Below are positions 58,701 to 64,000 of a DNA stretch of 64,000 bases, one piece after another. The stretch lies in NCBI RefSeq assembly GCF_009914755.1, contig NC_060935.1; one strand, given 5' to 3'. Each line of letters begins with the position of its first letter. Position 1 is the first letter of the stretch. Origin of the DNA: the human T2T-CHM13v2.0 reference genome, Homo sapiens. A program made the translations under genes and the position numbers. The notes under the pieces were generated by a model. That model saw nothing but the letters and a program-made list of their open reading frames with translations. It made no database searches and was not told where the DNA came from.

Positions 58701-61700
58701 ATGTCAGGGTTTTTGTTGTTGTTGTTGTTTTGTTTTTTCACATTTAACGAGTGACCCATTGCCAGAATGAATGACACTGGTATGGAGTCCTCTGGATGGC
58801 TTTCTGAAAATCCTCTAGGTGGGTTCCTGAGCTTTTCTTTCCCTGCAGAAGGCAGCCAGTTCTCCATTTTCTACCAAGTTGAGTTGGCCCCACTACTTCC
58901 TCCTCCTGTAGGGAGCCAACCTCCATCCTTCCCAGCCACTGGATACCACCTCCTCCTCTGCCCTTGACCCCTGAACCCTCTTCTCCGTTTCCCTGGGCTC
59001 TGGGTTCCCCCCTCCTCCCCTCGTGAACAGGATGCTGCCTGCCGCCTGGAGAGTGCTGTGGGCTGTTTATGGCTGCTCTCTGGGGTGTTTATGTTGTATC
59101 TCTTCAGAAGCTCCTAGCAGATGTCTGTTTATTGCTGAAACTTCATCTACGGCATGAGAGGAGAGAGGCTATTTTTAAAGATCTTTAATTGGCATGGCTG
59201 CACAATACAGCTTAGATTGCCTCCAAGTTTAATTCTTCATCGCTCTTATGCTCTATCCATTATGAAACCCTTCAAATCCAGCCTGAGAGACCTTATATGT
59301 CCTGATTTTAGAGCAGCACTTAAATTCAGCAGACAGTTGTAATCTCTAAAAAAGGTAGGCCAAGGAGGTGAAGGCAACTGGCTGACTGTCTTTTGTCTAG
59401 GCCGAGACAGATGGCATGAATGAGAGCATAGAATGCAACACCTTTCCCCCACTTCTGCCCCTTCTTTCCACCTGCAGTGGTTGAGGCCCGCCCTCATAGG
59501 CCGCCTGCGGATTGGCTGGGAGATCTCTAGCTCTCCCTTTCCCTTTGGACTCACGTGGGGCTTGAGAGTGGGGTAGTTTCAAATGACACTGACCTCCCAG
59601 GAGGGAGGAGGCCACAGAGGCCATGAGTCACAGAGCCTTGGGATGTCAGGTTGGATGGGCCTCATGGGATGGTCTAGTTCTCATCCTGGCCACCTTGTTT
59701 TACCTATGGAGAAACTGACACTCGGATGCTTCCTGATGCTGAGTGGACAGAGAGGTGTGTTTCTTGCTCAAGGTCACCCAGCCAGGTCAGAGTCAGGTCT
59801 CTTTTCCATCTACCATTTCCCACCAGGCTGTGGTCCTTGATCAGTCTAAGGCAGCTGTGCTTACAGTTGGCTGCGTGTACCGAAGGACAGAGCCTCATCC
59901 TCCCTTTCTAAAACCTCCCACATTCTTTGAATTTATGCTGTGTACGCTTGTAGCACTGGCTGGTCTCAGTCCCAAGATCTTTTCTTATCATGAACACCTC
60001 CCCCAGAGCCTTGGGGCTTAGAATTCCCACCTTTGTTCCTAGCCCTTGTCCGCAGAAGCCCTTTGTTAAAAATACAGAAGTTAACTGGGAAGGACCATAT
60101 GTTGACAGAGATGAGTTTATCTTTGATTAGCTGTCAGCCAAGGGCTGAACCTTAAGAGGATGGGGCATAGGATGAGTCAGCTGGGAACAGGAGGAGGAGG
60201 GAATCCTGAGAGATGGCAAATAGGGTGCTGGGGGCATCAACAGCCATAGGCCCAGGCTCGGAGCTCACAGTGTGCAGCTGCTGGGCTAGAGTCCCTGTGA
60301 TGACTGGTGGAAGCTGCCTGCTCTTCTAACTCATGGAGGGAGGTGCATTAGACAAGCTCACCTGTGGCTGAACACCGAGACAGAGTATGGAATGTCCACA
60401 GAGTCCCACAGTAGGGGGGAACCAGGGGAGGCTTCCTGGAGGAGGTGGAGTTTGTAGATTGAGAAGGGTATTGGAAGATAGGTATGATTTCCATAGGCAG
60501 AGATGGGCAGAGGTAACAGCACAAAGAGATGTAGAAAAGTGAGGGCACAGTCAGGGTACCATGTGGTAGAAACGTGAGGGCTGCCTAGAGAAGCTGAGGC
60601 TGGAATCAGGCTGCTCTGAGGCATGGAGAGCCCTGAGTTCTGGGGGCGGTGTGGGTGTGGACTGAACCCAGCGGACTGTGGGAAGCTGTCAGAGAGGGAT
60701 AGTCAGAGTCATCCTTCAGGGCACTGCCCTCCGTTCACGGGAGGTGCACACTGCCAGACAGCTGCCATTCCCCTGGACTGAGGAGGGCTGTGGGGAACAG
60801 GGTGGGGGGCAGTAAGGCTGGGCCCCCAAAAAGACTTTGTCTGTATCCTGGCTTTTGACCCACAGCCTTCTTTGTGAAGGGAGTCTGCAAGCAAAATGTT
60901 GTCTTTGGTTTATCAGGAGGGCAGCCCTTTTTGGAACTCCTGGTTAGGGTCTTAGGATATGGGACATCTGTCACATTCTGCAGCTTGTACACCCAAGTGT
61001 GGCTGTCTGAGCTTTGGTGGCTCTTGACTCTGTGTAGCAAACAGCGTCTGCTTCACTTTCACCACCTCGCTGCGGGCTAAGCTCTTCACACGGATCTTCT
61101 CCTGACTCAAGGTCAATTTGAGGGGAATAAATAGGGCAGTCGAGGTGCTGAGCTCCTCTGGGGGCTACTGCTGGAGCAGGAGCAGGAGTTCCCTGTCTGT
61201 GTGTGAGGGAGGCAGCAAAGCTGGGATGGTGCAGGAACCCAGCTGACCACCTCCTCCAAAGAAAGCGCCTTTGGAAGAATTGGCTCTGTAGGAGTCAGCG
61301 GCTGTCAGAGCATTTGTACATCATCTGGAATGATGCTGATTCTCTCCTCTGCACAGCCTCACAATCACCTGAATATCCCCTTCAAGTGCATCCTGCCCTG
61401 GGTTTCCTGTGTGCACATTGAGTTTCCTTCTCTAGTTGAAGAGAGAGTTTGCAGAGGCTGGCAAACCTGGAGCTGGACTGAATGGCCTGGACAGGTGGAG
61501 CAGGTAGGGGGTTGGTTGCCTCCCAGCCCTCTGGCCATCGTGGCCACAGGGAGGTGGATAAAGGCTGAGCTCTGCTTCCGCCTGCTCCCGTGTTAAGCTG
61601 GCAGATGGGAGGCACCACAGCCTGGTGCATTTTCAGCTTTGACATTTGAGCGGGGCTGGCACCTGTTCTCTTCCATGTATGTCTCAGGGACACTTTTGCT

Positions 61701-61969
61701 TTATGTGATGGAATAAATTGTTCCCGCAAGCAGCAAATGTAATGAGTTTAGTGCTATTGATGGGAGGTATTGATGGGATTTGGGGTGGGGCACTGAAATG
61801 GGCTTGCTTTCTTTTTTCTCCTAGGATCAGTGCTACCCATATGAGAACAAGCTGATTTGTTCACTGATTGATAAATTGATTGCTCAGTGCATTCATTCTG
61901 TCAGCCAAGATTTTTGGAGTACTCTCAATTTGAAGCATGCTGTCACAGACAGACCATGGGTTTTCAGTC

Positions 61970-62125
61970 ACTGTAAACACTGGACAAGCCACACACATAC
62001 TATCTCTGAACCTTGGGTTTGTTCTCTGTAAAATGGGAGTGATGCTACTTACCTCACGGGGAGGTTGTGAGGATTAAATGGGGTAATGGGCGTAGCACAC
62101 CTCTCATGGTGCCTGGCACATAGTG
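61970..62125 (+). mobile_element. MIR
   Basis: CTGTAAAATGGG...GTTGTGAGGATTAAATG...GTGCCTGGCACATAGT. Confidence 0.8.
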
Positions 62126-62270
62126 GCCTGCAGGTGGCCTCTTCCCCTCTGGCTCATTCCTGAATTGGCCCACAGGAGCCTTGGAGCACAGATGTGGGCA
62201 GGGTTCCTTGTTGCCGCAGGCCTCTCATTCGGTACTGGCCCCTAAGTGCCTTTTACCTTTAATAACTTTT

Positions 62271-62617
<347 letters not shown>

Positions 62618-62619
62618 TG

Positions 62620-63960
62620 AAGAACGATGGGCCACCTTTCGCTTCCTGGTGAGAAGTTCTTCTCATAAACCTTGGAACTGCAGGTCTGGGAGAGCCTTAT
62701 CATCAATCCCACTGGATGCTTGACTCCACAGTGGTGGTTTAGCCTGAGTTTATAGGTGGGAGGTGATCCATCCTGTCTTTGAACTCCTCCTTCCTGATGG
62801 CTTCCTATAGCTTCTGGCATTTGGTCCCAGTTCTTCCCCTTGGGTGCCATGGAGAGTAGGTCTAATCTGTCTACCACCCAATAGCTCTTCAGAAATTGTT
62901 TTTTTTTAATCAAATCTCTAACACCATCAACTGAAAGATATACCATTATTTCATGTACCCTCAAGAAAGAAAAAGAGCTGCCAATTAAACTGTGGCACAA
63001 TGCTTTGCCATTGCTTAAAATTTTTATTCTATATTTTCTGAATTTTTTAAGATTTTAGACATACTTTTTTTATTTTATATCACTCTTGCATATATATAAA
63101 AGTAAATTGGTTAAGGCATTTCTAAAACTTCGCTTTCAGAATCTAACTCTTCTGAATCACTTTTTGACTGAGATTCATCAATGTCCATGGTTTTCTGACT
63201 CACTGTTCTCTTCTAGTCAGGTGGGGATGTATTTCTTCATCTCTCTTGTCCCTGGAATTTTTTCCAGCTGCTGACACCCATTATGTCAGTTCTGGTGTTT
63301 TCTTGATTTTACCAGAAGGCATCAATGAAAGTTTTTTTGTTAACAACCAGGACTCACATTCCTTCCTTAAATGGTCCTTAAAAGTATTGGCTCCTGAAAT
63401 GTTTTAGATCATGGTTGTTCAGATATGCCACCAGGAATGAGTCAAATTTCCATATGTGAGGCGGTGACAGCTATGCCACAGCTGCATCCCGGGAGAGATC
63501 GTTAGGTTTCAGGGGGTTTTAAGACACATTCTGCTTTCAGACATTTTATAATGGGAAAAATGCATTTCTGATCAGTGAAATACGTTATTTAAAGACAGCC
63601 CTCTGTTTCTCTCCTGCATCTTCTTCCAGATTAACAACCCACAGTGTGGGTTCAGGATTTTTACCTTCTCTGTGGTTTTCCTCTGAACATGCCTTAGTTT
63701 GTTCAGATCTTTTTATACAGCGAAGGCAGTGTCCAGACCATATATTGTATTTATGGTATGAGGACAGCAGAAGAAGGGAGCTATCACCTCCAGTTCCGGA
63801 CATTCTGCTTCTCTTAATGCAGCCCAAGACTCTATGAGCTTTGCTGGCAGCAGCATCACATCACAGACGTTACTGCTGACTAGGTCTTTTTAACATGTGC
63901 TGTTGCTAAGCTGCTTCTCCCCTGTCCTAAACTTGTGTGGCTTTAGAATTTAAAGGCAGA
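62620..63960 (-). mobile_element. L3/CR1 LINE remnant split by a DNA transposon
   Basis: TTGGTCCCAGTTCTTCCCCTTGGGTGCCA...GTCTAATC L3 block, resuming TATTTAAAGACAGC at 63586; minus ORF GCIKRSRMS resembles CR1 LGCIRRSVAS. Confidence 0.65.
62898..63584 (-). mobile_element. TcMar-Tc2 (Kanga-like) DNA transposon with transposase remnant
   Basis: Terminus ...GATCAGTGAAATACG; minus-strand IPGG and FKDHLRKECESWLL..LSLMPSGKIKK..WVSAA (pogo-type DDE C-terminus). Confidence 0.75.
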
Positions 63961-64000
63961 GCCTCCTATTTTGCTCCTGCTTGATTCAGAATGATCATTC

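Overview
Human (primate) genomic DNA with no intact protein-coding exon. Positions ~1-50,100 are repeat-dense intergenic sequence: about 25 Alu/FLAM/FRAM copies, L1PA/L1M/L2/MIR fragments, and many MaLR (MLT1) and ERVL solo LTRs. A CpG-island promoter (~50,140-51,360) holds a non-coding + strand first exon ending at a GT donor (50,583/50,584), and the rest of the window is intron 1. From memory (unverified) this exon matches the MICAL2 5' UTR, which would make the window the DKK3-MICAL2 interval on 11p15.3. All long ORFs are Alu-, L1- or GC-derived. I found no convincing new multi-gene biological system. The most interesting signals are local mutation scars and candidate non-coding elements: a ~97-bp copy of nearby sequence inserted inside an Alu, a nest of overlapping TCATGA hairpins, a twin-primed L1 inversion, a 38-bp perfect AT palindrome in an Alu linker, a 28-bp TSD-flanked micro-insertion, a near-consensus CTCF site, and candidate lncRNA or alternative 5' exons. 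Repeat subfamily names are by-eye matches to remembered consensus sequences and boundaries are approximate.
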